A stretch of 57,705 nucleotides of DNA from Pseudolabrys sp. (GTDB lineage Bacteria; Pseudomonadota; Alphaproteobacteria; Rhizobiales; Xanthobacteraceae), in contig JBGQLL010000001.1 of NCBI GenBank assembly GCA_041500065.1, forward strand, positions 1-57,705. Direction: 5' to 3'. Below the pieces are notes generated by a model that worked only from the letters and a program-made list of their open reading frames with translations, was not told the DNA's origin and searched no databases. A program made the position numbers and the translations under genes. Below, piece after piece: positions 9,883 to 20,117 of this stretch. Position 1 is the stretch's first letter. Every line of letters starts with the position of its first letter.

Positions 9883-11334
9883 ATGTCGGTTATGGAGCGC
9901 ACGCTCATGGAGAGCTCGCTGCCGATCTATCACCGCTCGATCGACTGGGTCGCGCTCTTCAATCGTTACCCAGTGCCCGATGTGTTTGCCGCTACCCGCT
10001 GGAAATGGTCGGCCGACCAAATCCATTCGTTCCAGAACGAGCAATTCCTCGATCTGATGAAAAGTGGTTGGCAGAATGAGTTCTATAAACGGCGTTGGAA
10101 AGCGGAAGGCCTCGAGCCGGGCGACATCAGGAGCATCGATGACATCGTCAAGCTGCCGATGTTTGATTCAAGCGACATCAAGAAAGACCAGGAGGAGAAC
10201 CCGCCCTTTGGCCTGATCAATGGCGACGTCACCAAGCGCATGCAGACGACGCCGATGAAGCTGCAGACCAGCGGTGGGACCACCGGGAAGCCGCGGCCAA
10301 CACTTTACGCGCCCCAGGAATGGGAACTTAACGGGCTCACTCATGCACGTGTGCTTTATATCTGTGGCGTCCGCCCTGGCGACCGCGTGCAAATTCCCCA
10401 CACCTGCTCGCTCGGAAATGCTGGCTGGTGCTGCTACAAGGCCTGCCACGATTATCTCGGTGCTCTGCCGATCACGACCGGCACCGGCGCTGTTACCTCA
10501 TCGCGGCGACAGATCGAAATCGCACAAGAATGGGGTACCAATGTCTGGTACGTGCGCCCCGAATATGCCACGCAGCTCGCCAAGGTCGCCCGTGACGAAT
10601 TAAATTTCGACGTGCGCGATCTCGACACCAAGTTTCTCGGCTGCGGCCTCGGACCCGACACCGACAATGCCTTCCGCAACCAACTTGAAAGCCTTTGGGG
10701 CTGCGACGTCTACGACATGTACGGCACGCACGAGATGGGTATGGGTGCCTTCGAATGTCGTCACAAGTCCGGCATGCATTTTCACGAGGACAGCACCTTC
10801 TTCGAAATCGTCGGCGTCGAAGACAACAAGCCGGTCGCTAATGGCGAGATCGGCAACATGGTGTGCACTATCCTGCACCGGCGCCAGCAGCCGATGATAC
10901 GCTTCAATCTGCGCGACCTGACCCGCATTATTTCGGTTGACCGCTGCGAATGCGGCAGCTGCTTTCGGCGGATGCAGAAAATGCTCGGCCGCAGCGATAC
11001 CATGGTGCGCATCCGTGGCGTCAGCATCTGGCCGCAGGCCTGTCTGCCGGCGATCAAAAGCGATAGTCGTACCACCGGCGAGTGGCTGTGCATCGCAGAG
11101 CGCAACGTGAGCGACGGCGTCGTGCGTGACGAGATGACCGTGAAGGTCGAGGTCCGCGACGATGCGGGCGGCTGGGAAGGACTCAAGGAGCATATCGAAA
11201 AACGCCTGCATTCCGACCTCGGGCTGCGCCTCAATGTCGACCTGGTTGCGGAAGATGCCTTGATGGAATGGTCGAACCGCGGCCGCGAAGGCAAGCCCAA
11301 GCGCATTCTCGACAAGCGCTACGAGAAAAAATGA
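9883..11334 (+). CDS. Phenylacetate-CoA ligase (PaaK)-family acyl-CoA ligase
   Basis: TSGGTTGKP, DMYGTHEMG, RFNLRD, GRSDTMVRIRGVSIWP, GKPKRILD. Confidence 0.85.
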   Translation: MSVMERTLMESSLPIYHRSIDWVALFNRYPVPDVFAATRWKWSADQIHSFQNEQFLDLMKSGWQNEFYKRRWKAEGLEPGDIRSIDDIVKLPMFDSSDIKKDQEENPPFGLINGDVTKRMQTTPMKLQTSGGTTGKPRPTLYAPQEWELNGLTHARVLYICGVRPGDRVQIPHTCSLGNAGWCCYKACHDYLGALPITTGTGAVTSSRRQIEIAQEWGTNVWYVRPEYATQLAKVARDELNFDVRDLDTKFLGCGLGPDTDNAFRNQLESLWGCDVYDMYGTHEMGMGAFECRHKSGMHFHEDSTFFEIVGVEDNKPVANGEIGNMVCTILHRRQQPMIRFNLRDLTRIISVDRCECGSCFRRMQKMLGRSDTMVRIRGVSIWPQACLPAIKSDSRTTGEWLCIAERNVSDGVVRDEMTVKVEVRDDAGGWEGLKEHIEKRLHSDLGLRLNVDLVAEDALMEWSNRGREGKPKRILDKRYEKK

Positions 11335-12209
11335 CCACCGGCATGCGCTATTTCGATTGCCACTCACACTTTTCCACGAAAGCGGGTCTGCACCACGCCA
11401 CGCAGGAGGATTACGAGCAAGCTCAGCGTGTCTTCAAACGTAAACGGGCATTCGAGACCGAAGAGCAGATGGCCGACGGTTTCCGCACGCGTAATGTCCG
11501 CACTATCCTGGACATTTACCGGACTTGGCGGATGACCGATGAGGATGAGATCCGCACCTCCAATGATTACGCCACCAATTTCGCTCTCAAGAATCCGGAC
11601 ATCGTCTACGGCAATTGGCTCGCCGCCAATCCGATCATGAAGGACTTTTGGTTGCGGGAATATGCGCGATTGGCTGCCAAAAAAAGCGGGTTTCTTGGCT
11701 TCTGCCAGAGCCAGAACAGCCTCGGTTTTCCCGCAAGCGATCCAATTTGGGACCCGTTTTACAAACTGTCGATTGATATCGGCGCGCCCGTGTTGTTGAT
11801 GACAGGGTTGACCGGCATCGGGCAGGGCATGCCTGGAGGCAAAGGTATCCTGCTCGAGGATGGCCATCCGCGCCATGTGGACAGGGTTGCTGCGCGATTT
11901 CCCGATCTCAAAATTCTTGCGGGCCGGCCGGCGTGGCCATGGCAAGACGATATGATCGCTGTGCTGCTGCACAAGTCAAACGTGCATTACGAATTACACG
12001 GCTGGTCGCCGAAATATTTTACGCCGGCCCTGAAGAAGGAAATCGGCTGGCGCTTGCAGGACCGCGTTATGTTCGGGTGGGATTGGCCCACACTGACGTT
12101 GGAGCGTCTAGTCGATGACTGGCGCTCGCTCGACTATGCGGAGGAGGTCTACGAGAAAGTTTTCCATCGCAACGCCGAGGCCTTCTTCCCCGGCGCGGCG
12201 CCAAAGTGA
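11331..12209 (+). CDS. Amidohydrolase family protein, CouO (beta-ketoacyl-CoA hydrolase)-like
   Basis: DCHSH, TGIGQGMPGGKG, PAWPWQDD, HKSNV, GWSPKYF, FGWDWP. ATGA overlap with the ligase stop. Confidence 0.75.
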   Translation: MTTGMRYFDCHSHFSTKAGLHHATQEDYEQAQRVFKRKRAFETEEQMADGFRTRNVRTILDIYRTWRMTDEDEIRTSNDYATNFALKNPDIVYGNWLAANPIMKDFWLREYARLAAKKSGFLGFCQSQNSLGFPASDPIWDPFYKLSIDIGAPVLLMTGLTGIGQGMPGGKGILLEDGHPRHVDRVAARFPDLKILAGRPAWPWQDDMIAVLLHKSNVHYELHGWSPKYFTPALKKEIGWRLQDRVMFGWDWPTLTLERLVDDWRSLDYAEEVYEKVFHRNAEAFFPGAAPK

Positions 12210-13303
12210 CGGCCCCCATGGCAGATATCGCAGCCTTGGTCGAACGACTCCGCAAGATTGCGGGAAGCGAGCATGTAAGTCCGCCGGTGCTTGCGCGCCT
12301 GGTGTCCGATGTATTCGAGCATTGCGGCGCGCCCCTTGCCGATGCGGAAATTGGCGCGGAAGTCGCGCTGTGGGCACAACTACACGGCTCAGATTCGCAT
12401 GGCGTTGTGCACCTGCCACTGTATGTGCGTGGCCTGCTTGATCACACAATCAAGGCGCGGCCAGCCTTTGCCACCACGCAGCCTATGCCTTGTTGCGCTG
12501 TGCTCGACGCCGACAATGGACTGGGTCTGGTGGCGAGCCGACGCGCGACGGACATGGCTATCGACATCGCAAAAAAATATGGTCTTGGCGCCGTTGCGGT
12601 GCGCAATAGCAGCCACTTTGGCGCCGCCGGCTATTACGCTGACCGGGCCGCGGAGCAAGGCCTGATCGGTCTGGCCTTCACCAACGCCATGCCAGCGATC
12701 GCACCAACCGGCGGCATCGAAGGTTTGCTCGGCACCAATCCCATCGGCGCAGCGTTTCCGATCCCGGGAGCCGAGCCGATCATCGCCGATATGGCGACCG
12801 CGGTGGTGGCGCGCTCGCGCATCCGCCACGCATTGGCCGCCGGCCAAAAGAGCATCCCGGAAGGCTGGGCTCTGGATCCGAGTGGCCGGCCCACGACCGA
12901 CCCCGCGATCGCGGTGAAGGGCTCGCTGCTGCCCATCGGCGGGCCGAAAGGCTATGCGCTGTCGCTGATGGTCGAAATTCTTTGCAGTGCGCTGTCCGAC
13001 GGTGAGCCGGGCTTCCAGGTTACCTACGAAAACATGGTCAAACGGCCGAGCAACATCTGCCAGTTTTTCCTCGTCCTCAATCCGGGCGGATTTGCCGGGA
13101 ACGAGCGCTATGGCGCCCGCGTGACCCATGTTGCCGAGGTCATTGGTAAGGCGAAAGCGATGGAAGGCGAGACGCCGCCCCGCCTGCCTGGCGCTCGCGG
13201 CCACGCGGTTAAGCGTAAGGCCGCGGCCGAAGGCATCGCCATGTTCGGCAACCTGCGCGCCGCGCTCAATAATGTCGCCGGCATGATCGAGAGCCATACA
13301 TGA
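12206..13303 (+). CDS. Ldh_2 (malate/L-lactate/ureidoglycolate dehydrogenase-like) oxidoreductase
   Basis: GSDSHG, DADNGLG, VRNSSHFG, GTNPI, DMAT, GGPKGYAL. GTGA overlap. Confidence 0.88.
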   Translation: MTAPMADIAALVERLRKIAGSEHVSPPVLARLVSDVFEHCGAPLADAEIGAEVALWAQLHGSDSHGVVHLPLYVRGLLDHTIKARPAFATTQPMPCCAVLDADNGLGLVASRRATDMAIDIAKKYGLGAVAVRNSSHFGAAGYYADRAAEQGLIGLAFTNAMPAIAPTGGIEGLLGTNPIGAAFPIPGAEPIIADMATAVVARSRIRHALAAGQKSIPEGWALDPSGRPTTDPAIAVKGSLLPIGGPKGYALSLMVEILCSALSDGEPGFQVTYENMVKRPSNICQFFLVLNPGGFAGNERYGARVTHVAEVIGKAKAMEGETPPRLPGARGHAVKRKAAAEGIAMFGNLRAALNNVAGMIESHT

Positions 13304-14313
13304 AAGCCTTCGAGGTGCGCGAGACCACCGGCCTCGATGGGTTAGTACTTAATACCTCGCGTCCCGATCCTCAGCCGGCGCGCGGACAGATCCTTGTGCG
13401 TGTGCGCGCCGCGGCGCTGAACTATCGCGACCAGGGAGTTATTAAGGGCGCCTACGGCTACACGAAATTTCCGGTTATCCCGTTATCCGACGGGGCCGGC
13501 GAAGTCGCGGCGATTGGCAGCGACGTCACGCAATTCAAGATAGGTGATCGTGTAACCAGCACTTTTTTCGTGAACTGGACTGGCGGGCGCATGCCTCCTG
13601 ACGCCTCGCGCAATTCGCTCGGCGGCATGGTCGATGGCGTTTTGGCGGAATACGCCCTGTTCAATGAGACCGGCGCGATTAACATTCCCGGCGATATGAA
13701 CTTCGAAGAGGCGTCGACGCTGCCCTGCGCGGCGCTTACCGCCTGGAATGCCGTGGTTGAGACCGGGCATGTTAAAGCCGGCGAGACTGTTGCCATACTT
13801 GGGACCGGGGGCGTGTCATGCTTTGCGCTGGCCTTCGCCAAGATGCAGGGCGCCTTCACTTATCTCACCTCGAGCAGTGATGAAAAGCTTGCTCGCGCGC
13901 GCAAGCTGGGCGCCGATGCGCTGATCAACTACCGCAGCCAGCCGGATTGGGATCAGGAAATCCTCAAGCAAACCGGCGGCGCCGGCGTGGACACGGTCAT
14001 TGAGGTTGGGGGTGCCGGCACGCTCGAGCGCTCAATGAATGCGGTGCGGCCAGGCGGCAGCATTTGCATCATCGGTGCTCTCGCCGGCCCGGGTACGATC
14101 AATCCGCGGATGATCAACCGCAAGGCTATCCGCCTGCAGGGTATCCATGTCGGCTCGCGCGATATGTTCACCGCGATGAACAAGGCGGTGGCGCTGCACA
14201 AACTCAAGCCGGCAATCGACAAAGTATTCGATTTTGCCGGCGCCAAGGCCGCCTACGCACATCAGCAGAGCGGCACACATTTCGGCAAGATCGTGATTTC
14301 AGTCGGGATGTGA
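13300..14313 (+). CDS. NAD(P)-dependent medium-chain alcohol dehydrogenase/reductase
   Basis: LNYRD, PLSDGAG, LPCAALTAWNA, GTGGVS, HFGKIVI. Confidence 0.88.
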   Translation: MKAFEVRETTGLDGLVLNTSRPDPQPARGQILVRVRAAALNYRDQGVIKGAYGYTKFPVIPLSDGAGEVAAIGSDVTQFKIGDRVTSTFFVNWTGGRMPPDASRNSLGGMVDGVLAEYALFNETGAINIPGDMNFEEASTLPCAALTAWNAVVETGHVKAGETVAILGTGGVSCFALAFAKMQGAFTYLTSSSDEKLARARKLGADALINYRSQPDWDQEILKQTGGAGVDTVIEVGGAGTLERSMNAVRPGGSICIIGALAGPGTINPRMINRKAIRLQGIHVGSRDMFTAMNKAVALHKLKPAIDKVFDFAGAKAAYAHQQSGTHFGKIVISVGM

Positions 14314-14333
14314 ATTCGCCCCGGCTCGCCCGT

Positions 14334-15608
14334 TCAGGCGAGCAGACGCATAATCCACAGCGAAATAGCCGGAATATAGGTGACAAGCATTAGCGCGAGC
14401 ACCGCGATCGCCACAAAGGGGACCAGACCTATGTAAAGAGTTGCCGATGGCGTTTTGAACAGCGCCTGGCAAACGAAAATATTCAACCCGAACGGCGGAT
14501 GGAAAGTACCAATGGTCAGATTCATGACCACGATAACGCCGAAGTGGATGGGGTCGATCCCGAGCGAAGCTGCAACAGGAGCGAGCAGGGGCGTCAGCAT
14601 GATCAGCGCGGAGGCCGGGTCGAGGAAGCAGCCCACGAAAAGCAGGAAAGCGTTGATGACGAGCAAGATCACCCATCGCTCGGAATGCAGGGAGGTAATA
14701 AGCGATACTGTGTCTTGTGCGATGCCGCTGATCGTCAGAAGCCAAGCGTAGAGTCCAGCAACCGAAACAATAATGAAGATCAGTCCGGTCAAATACATCG
14801 CGCGCGCACCGGTATCGAAGATTTCACGCAATGTCGTTTCGCGATAGACAAAATAGCTCACCACGATCGCGTAGACGCTAGCGATGCCGGCCGCTTCGGT
14901 TGGGGAAAACACTCCAGAATAAATGCCGCCAAAAATGATCGCGATCGCGCCGATCGCCCACACGCCGTCTCGCGTGGCAAGCAGGAATTCCCTAAACGAG
15001 AATTTGCCAGTTTCCATGATGCCGGCGCGCCACGAATGGTAGTAGATGTAAACTCCGAACATCCCGGCCAGCAGCAATCCCGGCCCGATGCCGGCGGCGA
15101 ACAGTTGGATGACTGACGTGTCCGATGCAATGCCATAGATGATCATTGCGATGGACGGAGGAATAAGATTGTCGAGGGCGCCTTCGGCGGTAATAAGCGC
15201 TGATGCGAAACGCTCGCTGTAACCGGCCTCACGCATGCGGGGATACGTCAAAGTGCCGATTGCGGCAGTTGCGGCAGTCGTTACCCCGGATATAGCACCG
15301 AACAGCGCTGCAAAACCGAGTGACGTCATCGGGATATGCGCACGAAATCCGCCAATCATCGAAGCGACCCAGCGCAGTAGTCGAACCGAAATGCCGCCGC
15401 GCGACATCAGATCGCCGGCAAAGATGAAGAATGGGACCGCCAGCAGGGCGTACTTGTTGAGGCTGTTGAAAATATTCTGATGGACCACCGTCATCGGCAG
15501 ATCGTAGAAGCCGAGCAAAATCACCAACGAAGTGACGAGCAGCAGAAGGAAGATCGGGAAGCCCAACATCAGCAGCGCGAAGGGCAGTATGGCCATTACC
15601 CAATACAT
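14334..15608 (-). CDS. dctM: TRAP transporter large permease
   Basis: LLAVPFFIFAG, LIPPSI, FSPTEAA, GIDPIHFG, PPFGLN; many TM segments. Confidence 0.92.
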   Translation of the reverse strand: MYWVMAILPFALLMLGFPIFLLLLVTSLVILLGFYDLPMTVVHQNIFNSLNKYALLAVPFFIFAGDLMSRGGISVRLLRWVASMIGGFRAHIPMTSLGFAALFGAISGVTTAATAAIGTLTYPRMREAGYSERFASALITAEGALDNLIPPSIAMIIYGIASDTSVIQLFAAGIGPGLLLAGMFGVYIYYHSWRAGIMETGKFSFREFLLATRDGVWAIGAIAIIFGGIYSGVFSPTEAAGIASVYAIVVSYFVYRETTLREIFDTGARAMYLTGLIFIIVSVAGLYAWLLTISGIAQDTVSLITSLHSERWVILLVINAFLLFVGCFLDPASALIMLTPLLAPVAASLGIDPIHFGVIVVMNLTIGTFHPPFGLNIFVCQALFKTPSATLYIGLVPFVAIAVLALMLVTYIPAISLWIMRLLA

Positions 15609-15621
15609 TGGCGCTGTCTCG

Positions 15622-16128
15622 TCAGTCGAACTTGCCGGTTATGTACGAACGGATCCGTAAGATCGCGGCCAGCGCCATGAAGCTGAACCCGAACAGCACA
15701 GCCGAATGCGGGATCACCAGCGGAATATCGGTTCCAGCGGTCACGCCGTGGTTGCGATAATGGAGCATGAGCACCTTCCATGACTGCGCGGCTGTGAAAA
15801 CCGTGCAGGTGATGAGAGTCAACACAATGGCGATATTGATGATTCGCTTCCAAAATGAACTCATTCCCGAATAAACCAGGTCCATGTTCAGGTGACCGCC
15901 GCGATAGGTGATCGATCCCGCGACCAAAAACACTGCCCAGATCACAATGAAGATCAGAATTTCTTCCGCCCAGAAAACTGGGTCAGAAAAAACGTAACGC
16001 GCAATCACATTGATGACGTTGATGGCTGCAGCCAGCAAGAACAGGATCCCGGCGGCAACATACGGTACTTTTATGAAAACGAATTCTTCGACCGACTTGA
16101 ACCTGGACTCTCTGTGGTCATCACTCAT
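15622..16128 (-). CDS. dctQ: TRAP transporter small permease
   Basis: NVIARY, WAEE, GGHLNMD; four TM segments; lies between dctP and dctM. Confidence 0.9.
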   Translation of the reverse strand: MSDDHRESRFKSVEEFVFIKVPYVAAGILFLLAAAINVINVIARYVFSDPVFWAEEILIFIVIWAVFLVAGSITYRGGHLNMDLVYSGMSSFWKRIINIAIVLTLITCTVFTAAQSWKVLMLHYRNHGVTAGTDIPLVIPHSAVLFGFSFMALAAILRIRSYITGKFD

Positions 16129-16253
16129 GCGGACTCAGGCTCCGGACCGTCGCCTTATCGAATGCGTCGGGGCCCAAATCGCCATATCGGAGGCCCGAGT
16201 GACCGGCGCACCCCACCGCGGCGAGGCGCGCCGAACCGTTCAACGTTCGCGCT

Positions 16254-17267
16254 TTAGTATTTTTTCGCGATTTCCTGGATCTTGTCGTAGAAAGCCTTGA
16301 GGGCGGGATCACTCTTGGTGACGTCGGCGCCAATCGGCTTCAGGCGTTTCTCGAGCTCGGCCTGCTCGGCCGGCGGCAGCGTGACAATTTCCCCGCCGCG
16401 TTGCTCGATCCACACCTTGCGCAGCGCTGCAACCTCGTCGACCGCGGTTTGACGGGCCCAGGGCTGCAATTTGCGTGCTTCCTCGACAATGATTTTGCTG
16501 AGGTCCGGCGGTAACTTGTCGAGCCAGGCTTTGCTCAAGGCGCCATACGAGACCAGCAATGTGTCGTGAGTTTCAAGGAGCGTCTTGCCGACGTTCTGCA
16601 GGTTGAAGTTGGTGTAAATCGACATGCCGCTCATCGTGCCGTCGATCACGCCGTTTTGCAGCGAGGTGATCATTTCGGGCAGGCCCATCGGTACTGCGGT
16701 CGCACCCAGCGCACCCATGCGCGCGCGTTCCGCGGGCGTGGCGTTCACGCGCAGTTTCATACCCTTGAAGTCATCAAGATGACGCAACGGCTTCTTGGCG
16801 CCGAAGTAAAGCGATTCAGCCGCGACTGCGAGATTGACGCCCACGAGCCCCTTGGCTTCCGCCATTTTCATCACGAAGTCGTTGAATTCGGGGTCAGCAA
16901 GAACCTTGTTGGCTTGCGCGGTGTCGCGGAACAGGAACGGAATGCTGAACACTCCGAAACGTGAATCGACGCCGACGAAGAAATCAGCTGGATTCTCGTA
17001 GCCCTCGATTGTGCCAAGTTGCAGGCCTTCAATCATGGCCGCGGGGCTGCCGAGTTGGCCGCCTGGAAACACTTTGACCTCGACGCGACCATTCGTGGCC
17101 TGTGGAAGAATCTCGGCTAGCTTGTGGCCGAATTTTTCTTGCATGTCGCCACGCGTGACGACGGCCCATTTCAGTGTGTATTCGGCGGCGCGAGTGGGCA
17201 CGACGAATGCGGCACACGCGGCCGCGAGAATGATAGCGACTGCCGTGAGGCGAACACGGATTCTCAT
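16254..17267 (-). CDS. dctP: TRAP transporter substrate-binding protein
   Basis: Signal peptide; FPGGQLG, PFLF, DFKGMKLRV, LQNGVIDG. Confidence 0.92.
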   Translation of the reverse strand: MRIRVRLTAVAIILAAACAAFVVPTRAAEYTLKWAVVTRGDMQEKFGHKLAEILPQATNGRVEVKVFPGGQLGSPAAMIEGLQLGTIEGYENPADFFVGVDSRFGVFSIPFLFRDTAQANKVLADPEFNDFVMKMAEAKGLVGVNLAVAAESLYFGAKKPLRHLDDFKGMKLRVNATPAERARMGALGATAVPMGLPEMITSLQNGVIDGTMSGMSIYTNFNLQNVGKTLLETHDTLLVSYGALSKAWLDKLPPDLSKIIVEEARKLQPWARQTAVDEVAALRKVWIEQRGGEIVTLPPAEQAELEKRLKPIGADVTKSDPALKAFYDKIQEIAKKY

Positions 17268-17442
17268 GAGGTCCTCCCAAGACCGCGGCTGTTATTTATT
17301 CACTGATTGCCGCACTATTTGCTGGTAGCATTGACACAATACAGACTATCCCAGCAAAGAACGCTGTCAAATCTCGGGCCGAGAAAATACGCGGTGTATC
17401 GCGCGCGTCGCGACCGTACGTTGCAGACAAGGGGATCACATT

Positions 17443-18321
17443 ATGAAAATCGGCCTAGTCGGACTTGGTCGGATGGGCGCCGCGATGTCCCAACGCCTGC
17501 GCGAGCAGGGTTTCGATGTTGTGGGTTGGGATGTGAATGGCGATAGGACAAAGGCCTTGGCGGACGGCGGGCTGCAGATCGCCGCCGATGCCCGCGCCGT
17601 GGCGGCCGATTGCGAAATTATCATCTCCATTATCACCGAAGATCATGGCGTCCGGCGCATTTTTACAGGGCCGCAAGGCTTCCTGGGCGGTGATGTCAAT
17701 GGCAGGCTGTTCATCGAAATGAGCACGCTCCAGCCGATGACCGGCCGCGAGCTTGCACCGTTGGTTGAAGCCAAGGGGGCGCGCCTCATTGAATCGCCCG
17801 TGCTTGGCACTATTCCGCAGGTTAGAGACGGCAAATTGTTCGCGCTCGTCGGTGGGCGGATCGAAGACCTGGATCGCGCGCGACCCGTGCTGGAAAAAAT
17901 GACGCGCCGCATTGCGCATATGGGCCCGAATGGCTGCGGCTACGCGATGAAGCTCGCGGTCAATCTTGGGCTAGGTGCTTATATTCAGGCGCTGTCGGAA
18001 TCGCTTGCACTCGGCGCCAAGCAGGGTCTTTCTCTCGACCAGATGTTGGATGTGTTACAGGAAGCACCTTACGCAAGCGGTTGGATGAAGAGCAAGATCG
18101 GCGTGATGAAAGGCGAGAAGCCCGAGATGACGCTCGACATCCGTACCTTGCGAAAGGACATAATGTCTGCAGTCGCGACCGGCGCATTGAGCGGCGTTCC
18201 TATGCCGCTGTCAGCCGGCACACTCGCGTCACTTTCCGCGGCGGTCGCCAACGGTTACGGCAGCGGCGATCTGGGCGAATTGCCCAAGTTCGTGCGTGAA
18301 GCGATGCTGCAAAACTTCTAA
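17443..18321 (+). CDS. Beta-hydroxyacid dehydrogenase family (3-hydroxyisobutyrate dehydrogenase-like)
   Basis: GLGRMG, EMST, ESPVLG, catalytic MKLAVN, LRKD. Confidence 0.88.
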   Translation: MKIGLVGLGRMGAAMSQRLREQGFDVVGWDVNGDRTKALADGGLQIAADARAVAADCEIIISIITEDHGVRRIFTGPQGFLGGDVNGRLFIEMSTLQPMTGRELAPLVEAKGARLIESPVLGTIPQVRDGKLFALVGGRIEDLDRARPVLEKMTRRIAHMGPNGCGYAMKLAVNLGLGAYIQALSESLALGAKQGLSLDQMLDVLQEAPYASGWMKSKIGVMKGEKPEMTLDIRTLRKDIMSAVATGALSGVPMPLSAGTLASLSAAVANGYGSGDLGELPKFVREAMLQNF

Positions 18322-18407
18322 CAACACGGGCGTGACGTATGTGAGCGACGATAGGAAAATCTATTGTCGCAAAGACGGGACGTCCGCGAACAGAGCCGAA
18401 TATCTGA

Positions 18408-18497
18408 TGGCGGAAGGGGTGAGATTCGAACTCACGAACGCCTTGCGACGTTGCCGGTTTTCAAGACCGGTGCCTTAAACCACTCGGCCACCCTTCC
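18408..18497 (-). tRNA. tRNA-Ser (anticodon TGA)
   Basis: Reverse complement GGAAGGGTGGCCGAGTGGTTTAAGGCACCGGTCTTGAAAACCGGCAACGTCGCAAGGCGTTCGTGAGTTCGAATCTCACCCCTTCCGCCA: long variable arm, TTCGAAT T-loop, CCA end. Confidence 0.97.
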
Positions 18498-18550
18498 AAG
18501 CGTTGAAACACTTAGTCTTTCGAGTCTCGATAAACCACGCCCAAACGGTG

Positions 18551-18569
18551 TTTGCTACCATTTTGCTAC
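18551..18569. repeat. Tandem TTTGCTAC direct repeat, possible integrase arm-type site
   Basis: TTTGCTACcatTTTGCTAC about 54 bp from the 5' end of tRNA-Ser. Confidence 0.4.
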
Positions 18570-18680
18570 TATTTCCGAAACGTCTGTACCCGGATCGTGC
18601 CGGCAATGTTCTCGGCCGCCAGACCATGACACCCCAGGTTCTCACCGACGAACTCAACCTGTGACGCGCGCAAAGTCACA

Positions 18681-19028
18681 TCAATGCACATCATTGACGT
18701 ACCTGTTCTGAGGCGCATCAGGGCTATCATCTGGCTCATACCCCGCCGCCTTCATGCAGTTGAGAAAAACGAAAAGAAATCCTATTTGCGACGGCCATCC
18801 GTTAACCGGAGCCATGTGTCCCTTCGTTGCACACTTGGCTTTGTCCTGCGCAAATTTCTGATCACTAACGGGATCTTTCTTGTGTGCCCACGGCTTTGCC
18901 AATTGGGCAGTGATTAAATTTGGATCAGGCATTTGCTGCGCTGCTGCGCTGCCTGTGAAAAGGCAACACATGATAGGGTACCCAATCAGTGTCAGCCAGC
19001 GCATCTTAGAACTCTTAGTATGTTTCAT
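18681..19028 (-). CDS. Small exported hypothetical protein
   Basis: Signal-like region ending SAAAQQ; FAQDKAKC...CMKAAGY cysteine pair. Confidence 0.55.
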   Translation of the reverse strand: MKHTKSSKMRWLTLIGYPIMCCLFTGSAAAQQMPDPNLITAQLAKPWAHKKDPVSDQKFAQDKAKCATKGHMAPVNGWPSQIGFLFVFLNCMKAAGYEPDDSPDAPQNRYVNDVH

Positions 19029-19117
19029 TGCCCGGGAACGCTCGCAGCGTTGACATTAGTCGCAATGTATCGCGCGCATATTCGCGGACCAGTGATCCCA
19101 TGACATCCGATAACAAC

Positions 19118-19273
19118 TCACCCCAACCATAAATAATAGGCCAGCACTGCTGCGCTAAAAGCGCAGAGGCCGGTAAAAAGCCTCACTCGCATTTTGAATG
19201 ATCTGAAGATCGCACCAATAACGCCCGCCAAGAACCACAGCACCACGATGGTCAGCGCTATTTTCCACAGCAT
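19118..19273 (-). CDS. 51-aa two-TM small protein
   Basis: MLWKIALTIVVLWFLAGVIGAIFRSFKMRVRLFTGLCAFSAAVLAYYLWLG*; GGGGGA upstream. Below the ORF-track cutoff. Confidence 0.5.
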   Translation of the reverse strand: MLWKIALTIVVLWFLAGVIGAIFRSFKMRVRLFTGLCAFSAAVLAYYLWLG

Positions 19274-19441
19274 GGGTAAGTGTCCCCCGACTCTTACCCC
19301 CCTTAGCCCGCAAAACTCTTATTGCGATTCCGGTTCGCCTTACAATACCCGGCCGCCACCCGCGTTCTTGACGGGGCTTTCTGATCGGGACACCCTGCGG
19401 TGCGAACGCATTGAAAATCCACCGTTGTGGAGTGTTGCGTC

Positions 19442-19774
19442 ATGCGTACTAAAATTCCGCTGGCCCCGGGCGAGCCAGATGTCGCTGTTTATATCGTGGT
19501 GAATGACTTCGGGCCGCTGGGCCGCGCTTATGTCGAAACCGACGAGGCCGATGCTGACGAAGCAACCATCGTCGAAAACATCCTCAGCGGCCAATATTCG
19601 TGCCCGTTGCGCGTGGTTGCCTTCAACACTGCCGAGGGCTGGGCACGTGATGTCACTGAGGACATTGCACGTGCCGTGCTGGTCAAAGCCTGCAGCGAAG
19701 ATCGCTCAATCGGAAAAGCCGCGCAGGAGTTTTTAGAGCGGGGACTTGGGCTGGATGCGACCGCTGATAACTGA
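19442..19774 (+). CDS. Hypothetical protein of a family recalled from rhizobial accessory regions
   Basis: VVNDFGPLGRAYVETDE...GQYSCPLRVVAFNTAEGWARDVTEDIA; GGAG upstream. Confidence 0.65.
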   Translation: MRTKIPLAPGEPDVAVYIVVNDFGPLGRAYVETDEADADEATIVENILSGQYSCPLRVVAFNTAEGWARDVTEDIARAVLVKACSEDRSIGKAAQEFLERGLGLDATADN

Positions 19775-20117
19775 GCAAGATCACCGAGCGGGCGTTTGAG
19801 GCGTCGAAGCAGGCGGCCCTCGTGAAACCATCGGGGAATAATGAAAGCGGCGGGCGAGCGAGAACTACGCAATACCATGTTACCGATATAGGAGGCTAAC
19901 TGTTTTGCGGCCAATTCGCCGCACTGAAATTCGCGACTTTTTGGTAGTCACATTTTAATTATTGAACGAACGCAAGCAGTACACTTGAAACCGCGACAGG
20001 CGGGAACCCGCGTTGGCTAAGAATATCTTTTTTTGAGAACTCATTTTCGCCGGGACAAGTTTAAGGGCTTTTCCATCTCTGATTGCTATGTCGGCGGAAT
20101 AGATTGGACGTTGCAAT

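Noticed and set aside
17331-17370. Opposed TTGACA hexamers between dctP and the dehydrogenase gene
   Set aside because: No convincing -10 elements at proper spacing.
18296-18711. ORFs overlapping the tRNA
   Set aside because: Translations such as MAEGVRFELT are artefacts of reading the tRNA antisense.
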